From contig OZ024740.1 of NCBI GenBank assembly GCA_964016885.1, positions 24,304,001 to 24,368,000 on the forward strand: DNA of 64,000 nt, in the 5' to 3' direction. How positions within the stretch are numbered: the first letter of the stretch is position 1; every line of letters starts with the position of its first letter. This document shows, piece by piece, positions 1-13,482 of the stretch. The notes below the pieces were generated by a model that was not told the DNA's origin, ran no database searches, and was given only the letters and a program-made list of their open reading frames with translations. The position numbers were made by a program, and so were the translations under genes. Origin of the DNA: Eledone cirrhosa (Eukaryota).

Positions 1-121
1 TTATCTAAAAGTGCGATGTGCTGCATCAAGTTAAACATTTTAACGATAAATACAGGTCTATAAGTGAACATACTTGGTCGAAATGTGAAGTAGTGAAACA
101 TTTCTATATATTCAATTCTAA

Positions 122-424
122 CAATAATATTCATAATTGGAAACTATCTTTATAAAACCATATTTATTATATTATATATATTTCAATGGGTACCAATATT
201 TTGGTACGCTATCGTCAAATAAAATACAATAATTGGTTTACAGATAATGACATATCTACATATGAACTTAATGTTATGAGTTCAGATGTCGATATGTCAT
301 GATCTGTAAAACAATTATTGTATTTTATCTGACGATAGCGTACCAAAATATAAGTACCCTTGAAATATATATAATAAAATAAATATAGTTTTAAAAAGAG
401 AGTATCCATTTATTAATATTATTG
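122..424. repeat. Fold-back (inverted repeat) element, arms ~122-245 and ~302-424, each carrying an HHR motif
   Basis: The arms are reverse complements (e.g. aattggtttacagat / atctgtaaaacaatt). The tail 'aaataaatatggttttataaa..tagtttccattt' recurs at ~29581 and ~60297. Confidence 0.8.
322..380 (+). ncRNA. Type-I hammerhead ribozyme motif
   Basis: attttat-CTGACGA-tagcgtac..gtaccctt-GAAA-tatata-TA-ataaaat, with a perfect 7-bp stem I. The inverted copy at 166-225 has C3>T. Confidence 0.75.
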
Positions 425-1076
425 ATATTATACTCCAAAACTTGTCGAGTACTTCTAATCAACACATTAAATAATTCATTGTTATTCAATTCTAAATAGA
501 TATTATATAAGAGTCTTCATTCTATTTTATAAGCAATTTCATAATATCTCTGCGCATGAGCACATCATTCTTTATATCAAGTGTATATTCTCAGTATTTC
601 AAAGTCCCATCTCTCGGTTACGTATATTGTTTGGTTACATACATATGCCGGTCTGGTAAAACCTGAAAAGCTGTTTTCAAACTATATAGTTTTAAAAAAG
701 GGTAAAAAGATGTCCCGGTCCATTTGCTTAATAGTTTAAACCCCTAATCGATATCTGTGATATATGAGGTTCAATACCTCATAGCAGCCGATCGCAATTT
801 TCCCACATCTTTTAAGGGTCTTCACACCTTTTTTATAAGCTATTGCACATCATCCTTCATATTGATACGTTTTTTTTGTTTGTTTGTTTGTTTAAAGCGG
901 ACAATTTCATTATTGATACTTTATTTGATCCACCCCGTAAGGTTAAAAAGCTAATCTAACCGTGGCAAGATTCGAATTCAGAAGGTAAATGATCGGAACT
1001 AAGCATGTTGCCCGATGCTCAACCAATACTGCCAATACATCATTCTCTATGTATGATATATACTTGTTTCTTATAT

Positions 1077-1279
1077 AGGCACAAGGCCAGCAATTTTGGG
1101 GGAGGGCAAAGTCGATTAAATCAACTCCATTGCGTGACTGGTACTTTATTTTATCGAACCCCAAGAATGACAGGTAAAGTTAACCTCAGCAGGTTTTGAA
1201 CTCAGATCATAAAGGCCGTAACTCTTTACTGCAAAGCATGGCGTCTGATCCTCTACCGATTCTGCCAATCCACCGCCCT
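1077..1279 (-). mobile_element. tRNA-derived SINE (family also at 8757, 25645, 45570-46200)
   Basis: Reverse complement of the unit gggcggtggattggca..gagttcaaa..gaggttaactttgcctttcatcct..gtcgataaaataaagtaccag..gctggccttgtgcc, with A/B-box-like motifs. Confidence 0.75.
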
Positions 1280-1559
1280 TTTGTGTATGATATATAATAA
1301 GAAATCGTTTTGGTTGTTGATGACTTTAGGAATGTCCTTTTTTTTTTCTCTTGTCTTGTGGTATATATATATATATATTTATAATGAATATACATTATAT
1401 ATATATATATAACGAAGGAAATGTGGTAAGGAACCAGGTGGACCATAACGCACCAAAGTACTCAATACTTAGGGTAGTAGAGTGGGTAATAGGAACGTGT
1501 GTATATGTGTGTGTGTATGTGTGTAGGTATGTATGTATGTATTATGGTGTTAAAAATAA

Positions 1560-1725
1560 AACAAAACATAACACAGGAACGATAGAAAAACCACAGACCT
1601 TCCACCTCAACTCTACTTTTGAGAAGCAGAAGAACTGCGAAACCGGTAAGGAAACTACATAAATATATATATATATTTTTAAATAAGACTCCAGTTGCAT
1701 TTTCGATTTCATCTTTTTTTCTTTA
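1560..1725 (+). mobile_element. Solo copy of the 3' terminal repeat (pLTR) of the PLE at 61090-64000
   Basis: Matches the reverse complement of ~61090-61230 (agaaaaaccacagacc..ctcaactctactt..gaaaccggta..aaataagactccagttgca). Confidence 0.7.
1615..1652 (+). ncRNA. Minimal hammerhead ribozyme, U3-A8 core variant
   Basis: actt-TTGAGAA-gcag aagaa ctgc-GAAA-ccgg-TA-agga, with palindromic stem III (accggt). Confidence 0.6.
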
Positions 1726-1785
1726 TACTTTCACTCGTGTAGGACACCTCGGTTATTTTTCATTTTGTAAAAAAAACCTCACTTT

Positions 1786-1869
<84 letters not shown>

Positions 1870-1909
1870 TATAATGAATATACATTATATATATCATATA
1901 TGTATACCC

Positions 1910-1958
<49 letters not shown>

Positions 1959-2318
1959 CCATATGCATACATATAAACAACGTATAATCACACCACATTT
2001 CAAATATTTAAATATCTAATTGCAAAACTGATATGCAGAATTAATTATGTAATAGACAAATATGCAGGTAATAAGTGAATATTTTCGCTAATCAATTCGT
2101 AGATAATTATAAAATTATATTGGATCATTGACAATCAGTAATCATAAAAATATTCCATCATACAAACACATACCATATCATGTTACAATGAATATTTAAT
2201 TGGATGTATAGCAAATATCGCTTAATATACACGAATTTTGAATTGTGTAAGGAATTGTGTGAGGCAATCATACGTATAAGGATTTCTGTCTTCAGACACA
2301 CACTCAGAGATACGTACA

Positions 2319-2356
<38 letters not shown>

Positions 2357-2358
<2 letters not shown>

Positions 2359-2545
2359 AAAAAGTATGACCCCGATGGCAGAGCTCAAGCCGTTTCGACG
2401 GCTATTTCTTGTCCAATAATAGCCGACGAGACGGCTTGAGCTCTGCCGTCGGGGTCATACTTTTTCCTATTTCCCACTCTACTATACATGTATTGAGTAC
2501 TCTGGTGCGTTATGGTCCATCTGGTTCCTTTCCACAACTCCTTTG

Positions 2546-2547
<2 letters not shown>
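2357..2547. repeat. Dispersed hairpin element family in (TA)n (copies at 1411-1490, 15901-16119, 29088-29148, 50239-50404)
   Basis: ~52-bp arms ggaaaaagtatgacccc..gagctcaagccgtttcgacggctatt, followed by a shared tail (cccactctact..gtattgagtac..ggtgcgttatggtcca). Confidence 0.8.
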
Positions 2548-2602
<55 letters not shown>

Positions 2603-2899
2603 GTAGGAGGTGAGTTTTATTGTAGTACAATAAAGCAATGCAGATATCGGATATGTTGATTTAAAACTGCACTATCCACAAGTGTTTTTAACCTTCATAT
2701 CATGTCTTCCTATTTTATCTGATGAAAACACAAATGTCTTTGCATGATCATATTTGTTTTTGAAATGCGCATAATAAAATACATGGAACTCTTTTAACCA
2801 TCTTTTGTTCTTATATATTATATATATATATATATATATATTATAATATATATATTTATATATATAGAAATATATGTGTGTGTGTTGTGTAGATGCCGA

Positions 2900-3190
2900 G
2901 TAAAATCGGTGGGGTAACCACAACGTCTGTGTGTATCTAGCCTGTCGATCGACACGATTCCCGACTTCATTCTCTTACCGAGGGGGATAAACATCGTCAA
3001 TTGAACGAAGGAAACAATGTTTCCATTGGCCTTTCCATTGCTGTTATTATCTACCGGAAGCAACAGCTGGCAGAAAGAACAATGGGAAATAATGTATCTT
3101 GCTGAAGGACATAACGCATCTGTCCAGAAATCGAACTGGCAACCTCACAATTGCGAATTCAATTCTCTAATTACTAAGACATGCGCCTGC
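2900..3190 (-). mobile_element. Degenerate tRNA-derived SINE
   Basis: The minus strand has ggcgcatg..ttagtaattaga..gttcgatt..gttatgtccttcagcaagatacat, the same head/body as the copies at 49830, 54064 and 56572. Confidence 0.55.
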
Positions 3191-3829
3191 CCATAAATGT
3201 AAATTTCTTATTTCTACACTTCCCATTATGCTGAAGGGAATGCAAGAGCTGATAGAGAGATTAATACCAGTTTCGTCGCAGTCAACACCTTCAGAACCCA
3301 AAGAGCTAGAATAAATATAGCAAGATGTTCTAATAATTATGTCAGGAAGATGCTCTAATAAGTATGTCAGGAAGATGCTCAAATAATTCTGCAATGGATA
3401 GGGTCTTTATTTATCGACCCTTAGTTAATTTAGCTTTTTACATACAAACATACCGGTTAGACACCACCATATAGCCCTTGCTTTGCTCAATGGAAGCCTT
3501 AATCTCCAGATAACTCTCCACCATTGCTATCTTGATGTTGATTAAAAGAATAATTGTTGTTGCTCTTTCACCTCTTACTAAATCATTGAAATAAATATGT
3601 TTATAAATACACATGTATATATATGTTTACTACAAGGTGATTCACTATCAAATGCATGCGGAAATATATATATATATATAATATTAAAGATACTATTTCT
3701 AGTTATGTATGTATATACTATACTATAAACAACTATAAACAGAGAAGGTCAGTAATTTATTACTACCTTATTACCAGTAAGAGAAATAGCTCAATGTAAG
3801 AAGAACATCAGTTGTTTTACAGAGCAGTA

Positions 3830-3888
<59 letters not shown>

Positions 3889-3950
3889 CGTGTGTGTCGG
3901 TGCTTGTCTGTGTGTATTTATATAAACATGTATATGTATGCATATATATG

Positions 3951-4094
<144 letters not shown>

Positions 4095-4169
4095 CATATA
4101 TATGCATACATATACATGTATATACATATGCCTATATTTATATATACGAGTTTGTGTCTGAGTATGTGA

Positions 4170-4269
<100 letters not shown>

Positions 4270-4734
4270 ACGTTTGTGCATGTTTGTATTTTTTAGTGTT
4301 AGTGAGCATCGTACGTAGAAATAAATAGCTGTATATACACCGAGGTAACATCCTACATATGTACATATACATAGAAACAAGTTAGACTTTTAGCTAGCAC
4401 TGCTGCTTTGCAATATCTTTGTTAAGCTAATCCAATCTTGTTGGCTGAAAATGTTCAGCTAGTTATAATGCTATGTTAAAACTACGTCATAGTCATGTGA
4501 TATACACGGCATATCAGAAGATGACGTAATCAGGCGTTCGCTTTAAAATATGCAAACACTTTGTTTTCATATTAGTTTCACTCGATTCTATTTTATAACC
4601 TAGCCAAAATAAATTATGTTAAGTATTTCACGTTTAGTAGTTGTCACTCTCTGCCCTCTATATTCCGCGTAGTTGAACTCTTTGTGGCTACATCTCTTCT
4701 AATATTCAATGTCAAGAGAATGAGTTATTCAACT

Positions 4735-5349
4735 ATGTATATACGTATGTATTATGTATATATGTATGTATTATGTATGTATGTATGTATGTATGTTTGT
4801 ATGTATTTATGTATGTATGTATGTACGTATGTATATATGTATTATGTATATATGTATGTATTATGTATATATGTATGTATTATGTTATTATCTCTTTCTC
4901 TTAATTTCGAGTATATTTTTTTGACCGGCCACCTTCCTGGTGGCAAGGTTGTAAAAGAAAAGAAATTGTCATCCCTTGAATCGCAAGAATGTTTTGCAAA
5001 TGTTGAAGGTACCAGCTATCGCAGCCATTTGTAGACTATGAATTAGGGAGCTGCGCTTTTTGTCTGCAAATCCAAGTTCAGTCATACTTTGGTCCAAACA
5101 GGTTGGTATATAACCCGTAGCTATGTATGTATGTATGTATGTATGTATGTATGTATGTATGTATGTATGTATGTATGTATGTATGTATGTATGTGTTTGT
5201 ATGTATTTATTTATGTATGTATGTATGTATGTATGTATATATGTATGTATGTATGTATGTATCTAGTTCTCTATGAATGTATTATGTATGTAGGTATGCA
5301 TTAGGTATGTATGTATGTATGTATGTATGTATGTATGTATGTATGTATG

Positions 5350-5383
<34 letters not shown>

Positions 5384-5560
5384 TGTATGTATGTATGAAT
5401 ATATGTATTTATTTATGTATGTGTGTATTATGCATGTATGCATATGTTTGTACGTATTTATGTATGTATGCATGTATGTATGCATGTATGTGTGTATGCA
5501 TGTATGTATGCATGTATGTATGCATGTATGTGTGTATGCATGTATGTATGCATGTATGTA
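4735..5560. repeat. (TATG)n-rich microsatellite with ~230-bp unique insert at ~4890-5121
   Basis: Read directly from the sequence. Confidence 0.85.
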
Positions 5561-5839
5561 TGTTCTGGTTTTATAATTTCACAAATGTTTACCAATAGAG
5601 AGAGAGTCGATTTCTAACAATTCATTGGTATTTACACAACATCAACTAGGTAGATATGTCTGTATGCATGCGTGTATCTGTGCATGTATGGATGTTATTG
5701 TATGTATGGATGTGTATGTTTTGAGTTGTATGTGTGGATGTGTATGTTTTGAGTTGTATGTGTGCATGTGTATGTTTTGAGTTGTATGTGTGCATGTGTA
5801 TATGCTTTGTATCTATACATGTGTATATGCAATTGTTAG

Positions 5840-6229
5840 ATGCAGAATTTTTGGAATGTTTTACATATTTTTACTGTTCCATTAATGGATTGTACTTGTA
5901 ATTTCCTAACTAGTTGTGTTCTTTCTGTTTCTGTGAAGCCTAGCTTCTCAAGATTTGTATTGAGGCGGTTACTAACATACCCCAGTGCCCCAATACACAG
6001 GCATAAATCTGAGGGTGTAATCAGGGTGGAGTATCTGCAGATTTCTCATTAGTTTTGCATAGATATTATCCTTTTCGCTAATCTTTAATATTATATTGAC
6101 ATCTGCTGTACAGCTAACTTCCACTACTGTGCATGGCTTATTTCCCCTGTCCCATATCATTATATCTGGTCTGTTATGCCTGCATTTTACTGGGGCTTTT
6201 ACTGGAACATTCCACCAATACTCTTTCAT
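5840..6229 (-). pseudogene. 3' fragment of a non-LTR retrotransposon with restriction-like endonuclease (R2/R4/NeSL-type)
   Basis: WWN..HNRPDIMIWD..CTVVEVSC..D.N....EK...Y..L matches the RPD..E..K RLE motif. Confidence 0.7.
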
Positions 6230-6851
6230 ATTATGTATATGTATGTCTTACACATTGCTGTAACTTTTAATGTGTTTATTGTTGGGGCTCTCTTTCGTAC
6301 AGAGCAGTTATATAGAATTCACAAGAATCAAAGCTATCTTCAAAGCATTTATTCACTTACAATTGTTTCATCCAAAAAAGTCTTCGGAGCATTTTTCAAT
6401 GTCTGCACACATAATTGACCCCCTTTCCGACGCAAGAGACATGCAGATACATATATATATTGATGTACAGTGGAGTGACATATATTACACTATACTATTT
6501 TTGTACAGCAATTCAAATTCAAGATCAAAATCAAAATCAAAATTAAAATAAAAATCAAAATTAAAATACATTTGGCAGATAACACAGATAATGCAGGAGG
6601 ATAGTTTGATAGTCAGATCTAGTAGGTAGTGTTTGCGTTTGTTACACATGGAGCATGCAAGTGTGTCTCATTTTTATACGATTATTGTGTGGCAGGTGTT
6701 ACATGTAATGCAAGCACTTTAAATTGCTTGCAGAACATAGCTTTGATTCTTGTGAATTCTATATATATATATATATATATGAACACGAAAAATATCTTGC
6801 CTGAGCTCACCATCACAGAATTAAACAAAACAAAAACCATATTTGTATATA

Positions 6852-6945
<94 letters not shown>

Positions 6946-7375
6946 CATATATACGAGTAACGCCCAATTATCAAAGATGTGATAAGTGTGGTGCAGTGGT
7001 ATTATTTCTCTTGGTATACCAGTCGTATGATACGACTGGTATACCAGGAAATTGGTTTTATGCGGGTTGGATTAAAAGATAACATTCGATTGTGTTCACC
7101 ACTCTTTCATGCTACAGAATTGTGCATGCTAAAGATACTGACACTATACTCAGGGCCATAGGAAACATATTTCTATCTCCGGCCACTAATTTGAAGTTAA
7201 GTACAGAAAAGGACTATATTGTCCCTTATTGAATAAAGTATCGCAAAAGTACATTTCAAGGCGGTAGTGTCATTTTGATGCTGTATGTATATATATATAT
7301 ATATAATTAAATATTAAAGAGATATAAACACAGATATAAACATATATGTGTTGAAATATATACCTTTGATATAAA

Positions 7376-7407
<32 letters not shown>

Positions 7408-7534
7408 ATCTGTGTGTGTGTGTTTGTGTAAAAGGTAAACAGAAATAAGCACAGAATCGGTACAGTGTATGGAAGGAACATATTAGGTTAACGCTTGAAA
7501 TAGCAGGAAGAGGGTCTTAACGTTTCGGACGCGA

Positions 7535-7962
7535 TATATATATATGTGTGCATGTATGTATATATATACATACTACTGTACGTCTGTATACATATATGTA
7601 TGTACGTATACATACTTACATTTAAGTAACAGCCGTACTAAGAGTGTGAAATGAAATTTCGTTTCATTCGTTTCCATTTATCGTTTTCGGTGCGCCCGGC
7701 CGACTAACTCACAGTATGCAAATTAGGCTGCTCAGCCGTTAATATGCATAAGGAAAGTATATACTTTCAGACGTTCAATCATCTGGCAGAAAGGTATTCG
7801 ATGCTGACGATAGCTAATAAGCTTGAAACTAGTACAGCGTTCCTGTGTCAGTGTTGAACAAAAGGGCGACGATGGTTGCCGAGCACTGTACGGCTTAATT
7901 CGGGCTGTCTGTTTGTTTACAAACAAACCGAATATTATAATAATTGTTCGGTAAACCCATAC

Positions 7963-8055
<93 letters not shown>

Positions 8056-8130
8056 TAAGTATGTATACGTACATACATATATGTGTACAGACGCACAGTA
8101 GTATGTATATATATACATACATGCACACAT
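7535..8130 (+). mobile_element. Non-coding HHR-bearing element (~430-nt unit, 7535-7966) plus inverted partial copy (8054-8130)
   Basis: Near-identical reverse copy at ~45140-45525 and a partial copy at 46235-46312. Contains the HHR at 7799-7839. Confidence 0.8.
7799..7839 (+). ncRNA. Minimal type-I hammerhead ribozyme
   Basis: cgatg-CTGACGA-t agct aata agct t-GAAA-ctag-TA-cagcg, with palindromic stem III (actagt). Confidence 0.8.
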
Positions 8131-8152
8131 ATATATATATGAGTTTATTGAC

Positions 8153-8246
<94 letters not shown>

Positions 8247-8756
8247 AGAGGTCAATAAACTCATTGCCGTTTACCACGGGGAAACATGAAGTGTACGTAA
8301 TCGGTTGACAGGACGCCAGAAATACCAGCCAAAAACAATATTTTGTTATTTTGGACAATCTGAAGATGTGTATTCGGATAATATATATGCTATGAATAAA
8401 AATCCTTGATTGGGTTACGACTTTCTCGGAAGACATGATAAATATCCCGACATGATAGAAACCAATCTAGCAGAACCTCTATCAATAGAGTGCTTTTTTT
8501 ATCGGTCTCTGAAAGAGATAGATGGAAATATATCCTATAATGGAATGTGTCACCAGCGAATTATAACACCGTGAAAAGGAACATATAGTGTTCGGAATGT
8601 TCTATGTAAAATATATCAATGGTACAACGTTCGGACTACTTGACTAGACGCTAGATGAGATCCCAGCCATCGGTGGTAATATACGATATCTTGTAAGAAG
8701 CAACGGGAATTTCCACATCATCAAATAATAATATACATAATAATATACATACTAAA

Positions 8757-8948
8757 TAATTGTTTCTACTTTTGGCACAAGGCCAGCAATTATCCCACTG
8801 AATTACTGGTACGTTATTCTATCGACCCCGTAAGGATGAAAGGCAAAGTTAACCACGGCGCGATTTGAACTCAGTCCGTAAAGGGACGTAACTGTGCTGC
8901 AAAGCATGGCGTCCGACCCTCTACCGATACTGCCAATCCACCACCCTC
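8757..8948 (-). mobile_element. tRNA-derived SINE
   Basis: Same family as 1077-1279 and 45570-46200. Confidence 0.75.
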
Positions 8949-9373
8949 ATACATACGTAAATAACAGGGAGGCTGATCTTTCGCACAGAATCCAAAAAGC
9001 TTCTGAATGTCTCATCATATACCTTCGACAACATTTATGAATCGCCAAGCGTAGAAAGCCATCCAGGGAACATGTATATGTACATGAGGCAGTTAGCATC
9101 GTTTGAGGAAGGGGAGAGCCTTCGTATAAGTACTCTTTTAATGATATCCGAGCGGAATTCCACAGAACTACCGCATGGAATCAACGATGGCTAAAATAAT
9201 CTACCATCGACCAACAACCGGTATATACAGAATTCCATAGGTGATGGTGTCTCAATTTCAAAGAAAGAGCTTGTTTCTGGGTTGGAAGCTTGATCTCTTT
9301 AACCAACGGTAAGACATATTCACAAATAAAACCAGCAAACCATCAAAATACATCTATCTATCTATCTATCTAA

Positions 9374-9680
9374 ATTTACTGAAAGGTGGGTGAATGAAGC
9401 GAAAATGGCCCGAGTGATTGGGCCTTCTCTGTTTATAAGCCTGTAGGTTGAGGAAGAGAGCAAAAGGAAGAAAGGAGCACTTGCACAACACGCTCCTTGA
9501 GTTGAGGGTTGTTCTATCGACGGGGTATTAAACAACCCATTTGTGGCGCATCCCCCCTATTGGGGATTTCGATTGTTGAAATTGTTTGTTTTTATATTTT
9601 TTACACGACTGTATGTAAAATCCCCGGCATGTCTTTGTATTGTCCCCTTTCTTGTTGCGCCCTTGTGGCTAATAAAGAAA
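9374..9680 (+). mobile_element. Short 3' end of a related Tx1-type LINE
   Basis: tgaaaggtgggtgaa..gcgaaaatggcccgagtgattgggccttc aligns to 12915-12962. It ends ..gtggctaataaagaaa + (TCTA)n, like the long copy, and has (TATC)n on both sides. Confidence 0.75.
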
Positions 9681-9789
9681 TCTATCTATATATCTATCTA
9701 TCTATCAATCCATCTATTTATCTATCTATCTATATATCTATCTATCTATATATCTATATATCTATCAATCTATCTATCTATCTATCCAT

Positions 9790-12700
9790 AAAAACATCTG
9801 GGTCTCGCAACACAGATGGTACATTTGGACCCGGAGGGTCGACTAGTGGTTCTGGACCTTGGCAGTGGTAAAGGCGGAGCGTTTAGGTTGGTAGCCACCT
9901 ACGTCCCTTTCGGGTCAATGCGGCCGGACTTCTTCCATCGTCTGGAGACTTTTCTAGGGACGTCTAGCTCCTTGCTATTAGTGGGGGACTGGAATGGTAT
10001 CCTAGATGCACGCTGGGACTACGTAGGGGCCTGCCCCGATAGAGAGGGGTGTAATAGCCTCAAAGGGTTAATCGGTCGATTTGACCTGGCCGATAGATAT
10101 CGACTAGATTTTCCGACTGCGCCAACTTGGACTTGGGCAAATCGTAGCGGATCATCTAGGTCGTACCTAGATAGGTTCTTAGTTAGAATTAAGGATAAGG
10201 ACTTTTTAAGTTGTCCAAAAATGCGCATGGTTGGCTATTCAGACCACAAATTAGTGACCTGCATGGTCAACCTTGACAGAACTCATAGACAGGGACCCGG
10301 TTACTGGAAGCTCAACTTGTCCTTACCGGCAAGTAAGGCTTACAGGAACCGGATTAGCACTTTAGTTAAGGAGCGGATGACGGGCGCCATCGTCAACAGC
10401 AGGTGGTGGGGATCTCTCAAAAGAGAGATTAGAGTAGTCTCTATAGAATTTAGTAAGGAGTTAGCTTCAAATAGAAATAGGAAGGAAAGGGAGTTGGTAG
10501 ATAGTGTAGAAGAGGCAATTAGAAGCGGCGACGTGGTCAGAGTGCTAGCTAGAGAACGGCCCTGGGCCAGTTCTTCGACGCGAAACACGAAGGCTGCATC
10601 GTCCGAAGCAAAATACGTGATCTGGGAAACGAGGGGACCAAAGCTGTTAGCTAGGCCCGCGTGACAGAAGCCAAAAGAGGGAGCAGATCCACTATCCGGT
10701 CTTTGCGAGACCAGGATGGACGGGTGATCCTTAAACCTAAGCAGATGTGCGAGGCTTTTCAAAAGCACTTTGCCGGATTGTTCGGAACGGGCGGGGGGCC
10801 GGTTGGGGACGTGGACTTCGGTCCATACCTCGACGGCCTGTCGCGTCTCTCGGACAGGGAGGCGAAGTCCTGCGAGGAGCCGATTTCAGCCGCTGAGATA
10901 GAGGACGTGCTGAGCCAATGCGGCAAACGCAAATCCCCGGGTCTCGATGGTCATCCATACGAACTATATCTAGCTATGACGGACTTGTTCCCCGAACTCC
11001 TCGAGGCGGTCTACTGCAACTGGCAACAGAACGGGAGAATTCCCTGTGCTGTGACCAAGGACGTAGTCATGCTAGTGAGGAAGGACGAGAATAAGGGGGA
11101 CGATATAAATAATTTCAGGCCCATAACTCTGCTAAATACAGAGTTACAGATTTTGGCCAAGGTGCTAGCAAAGAGGTTGGCGCTTGTCGTGGGCAACCTG
11201 GTGGGAGATGCGCAGACATGTGCTATCCCGTCCAGGTCCATCCACGATAACCTCCACCTCATGCGATACATCATAGAGAGGGTTGGCAACGAACCCGGCT
11301 TTGGTGGGGCCCTGATCAACTTGGATCAATCTAAGGCATTCGATAGGGTCGACCATGGTTACCTGGATGCGGTGCTAGCGGCGGCAGGCTTCGGACCCGT
11401 TTTCAGGGGCTGGATCAATGCCATGCACAGCAGCCGCATCTGCTCTAGGGTCAAGGTGAACGGCTACCTCTCGGAGCCGTTCGAAATCGCCCTCTCTCCT
11501 CCCTTCTGTATGTAATGACTCTAGAGCCACTGCTGCGGAAGTTGGAGTTGTTGCAGGGCATCCCGTTGGAACCGGGATTGCGGAAAGCGGTGTCAGCCTA
11601 CGCCGATGACGTAACAGTAATGGTGTCGACGGCCTCGGAAATCAGGGCGATCGGCACCTTACTGGAGGAGTACGAAAGGTTTACAGGGGCTAAGCTGAAC
11701 CGGGACAAGTCGATCGGTCTGCAACTCGGCACGTGGAGGGGCAGATCGATGCCCTCTGATGGCGTCGTCGGGCGCTGGACGGAGGGACCGGTGAAGTTGC
11801 TCGGGGTCTGGTTCGGACCAGACCTCCAGGTGGAGACGAACTGGGGTGAGGTGACGAACAGGGTGTTTGCACTGACCCAGAAGTGGGCCGAGTGCAAACT
11901 GTCCCTGAAAGGACGGGCGGAGGTGGCGAACACTTATATAGCGTCCGTCATCTACTACCGCCTGACCGTTGTGCCTTGCCCAAGGGAAACGCTCGCCAAA
12001 ATGGAGCGCGCACTCTTCCAATTCCTTTGGAAGAAGCGGGCTCCTATGGTGAGGAGATCCATCTGCTGTCAACACCCTTCGAAAGGAGGGCTGGGGGTGC
12101 CGTGGCTAATGATACGTAAACACGCATTAAGGCTACGGCACCTTCAGGTATTCCTCTCCGGTCAACCGGTGTGGGCCCCGTTTGTGAGGCGAGCCTTTCC
12201 CAGACTCGTCTCACTCACCGAGCTGCAATCCTGGGTCAAGCAAAGACCGAGAAAACTGGGCGTCTGGCAAACCAAGTGTGCCCAGGCACTCACGGCTCTC
12301 TGGCAGGCGGACCCGGCTGTCAGTGGAGAATCCACCTCGTCATTCTATAGAGGGCTGGTGGTTAGCAGGTGCGACGACGCCCTCGGAGAAACCCTAGGCA
12401 TGGAGGAAGACGAACTGGCCAACCTGTTCGGTAGGACATTCAGCCCGGGACCCATGGATAACTTCCAGAGGTCCCTGGCCTGGCAATGCTACAGAAGGGC
12501 TCTGCCCGTTCGAGAAAGGCTCTACAGACACGGGCGCCCGGGTAGGGACCCATCGAAAAAGATCTGTCCCAGATGCGTGTGCGACGAGGAAACCGTTGCA
12601 CACGCATTGGTACACTGCTCGGGCATTGCCGATCTGTGGGGTTATGTCGAACAACTGCTGTCAAGGGTGGGACCAATCCGGTTGACCACCGTGTCTATTG

Positions 12701-13243
12701 TAACGATCAAGCCGCCTCCCCACTTCAAAAACGAAGGAGAGGCGGTGTTTCTGTGCGTAATAGCCATGGCGAAAGAGGTTGTATGGTGGACGCGTCTGAA
12801 AGGACTGAGGTCAGATACCTTTCTCTCTGGCCAACAACTGGTCCGTTTCTTCCGATATCATTTCGGAAGAAGGATCAGGATGGAGAGAGAGGTGCTGCAC
12901 CCCAGCCGTTTCTATGAAAGATGGGTGAAAGTGGCGAGAATGGCCCGTGTGAATGGGCCTTCACTCTACATCAGACTATAGGTGAGGAAGATGAAAGACC
13001 AAGGGAGCACACCTTCTCTGTGTTCCTGAGGAGAAGTGTTGCACACTTTTTTCGGGGGTGTGTGCGACCCCCCAAGGCGCCTCCTCTCTATTGAGGACTT
13101 TGTTATAAATTTTATTTTTTGTTATATTTTATTTTATTTTTATATATTGTTATTGCCTCCTCCTTATTGAGGACGCCTTGTTTTGTAAACTCCCCCATTG
13201 TACTTGTCCCACTTTTGATGCCCTGGTGGCAAATAAAAGAAAC
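9790..13243 (+). mobile_element. 5'-truncated Tx1/L1-clade LINE (ORF2 + 3' UTR)
   Basis: GC-rich block flanked by (TATC)n. Encodes an APE-RT-zinc knuckle polyprotein. The 3' UTR ends tggcaaataaaagaaa. Confidence 0.92.
9816..12981 (+). pseudogene. Disrupted LINE ORF2: AP endonuclease, reverse transcriptase, CCHC knuckle (pieces 9816-10664, 10661-11515, 11515-12981)
   Basis: APE motifs GDWN, YLDRF, SDHK and GPGYWKLN. RT motifs KSPGLDG, NFRPITLLN, LDQSKAFDRVDH and YADD. Knuckle CPRC..ETVAHALVHC. Frameshift near 10560; the 'RQGC' motif is deleted near 11490. Confidence 0.92.
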
Positions 13244-13372
13244 ATATCTATCTATCTATCTCTCTCTCTATCTATCTATCTATCTATCTATTTATTTCAT
13301 TATTTATTTCTCTCCCTCCATCTATCTCTATACACACATATATATATATATGTAGATAGATGGATATATGTC

Positions 13373-13417
<45 letters not shown>

Positions 13418-13448
13418 TCATACACACATACATACATACATACATACA

Positions 13449-13482
<34 letters not shown>

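Noticed and set aside
8240-9350. Unique-looking DNA as a possible host exon or integrase remnant
   Set aside because: Stops in the frames I read and no recognisable motif; tblastx would be needed.
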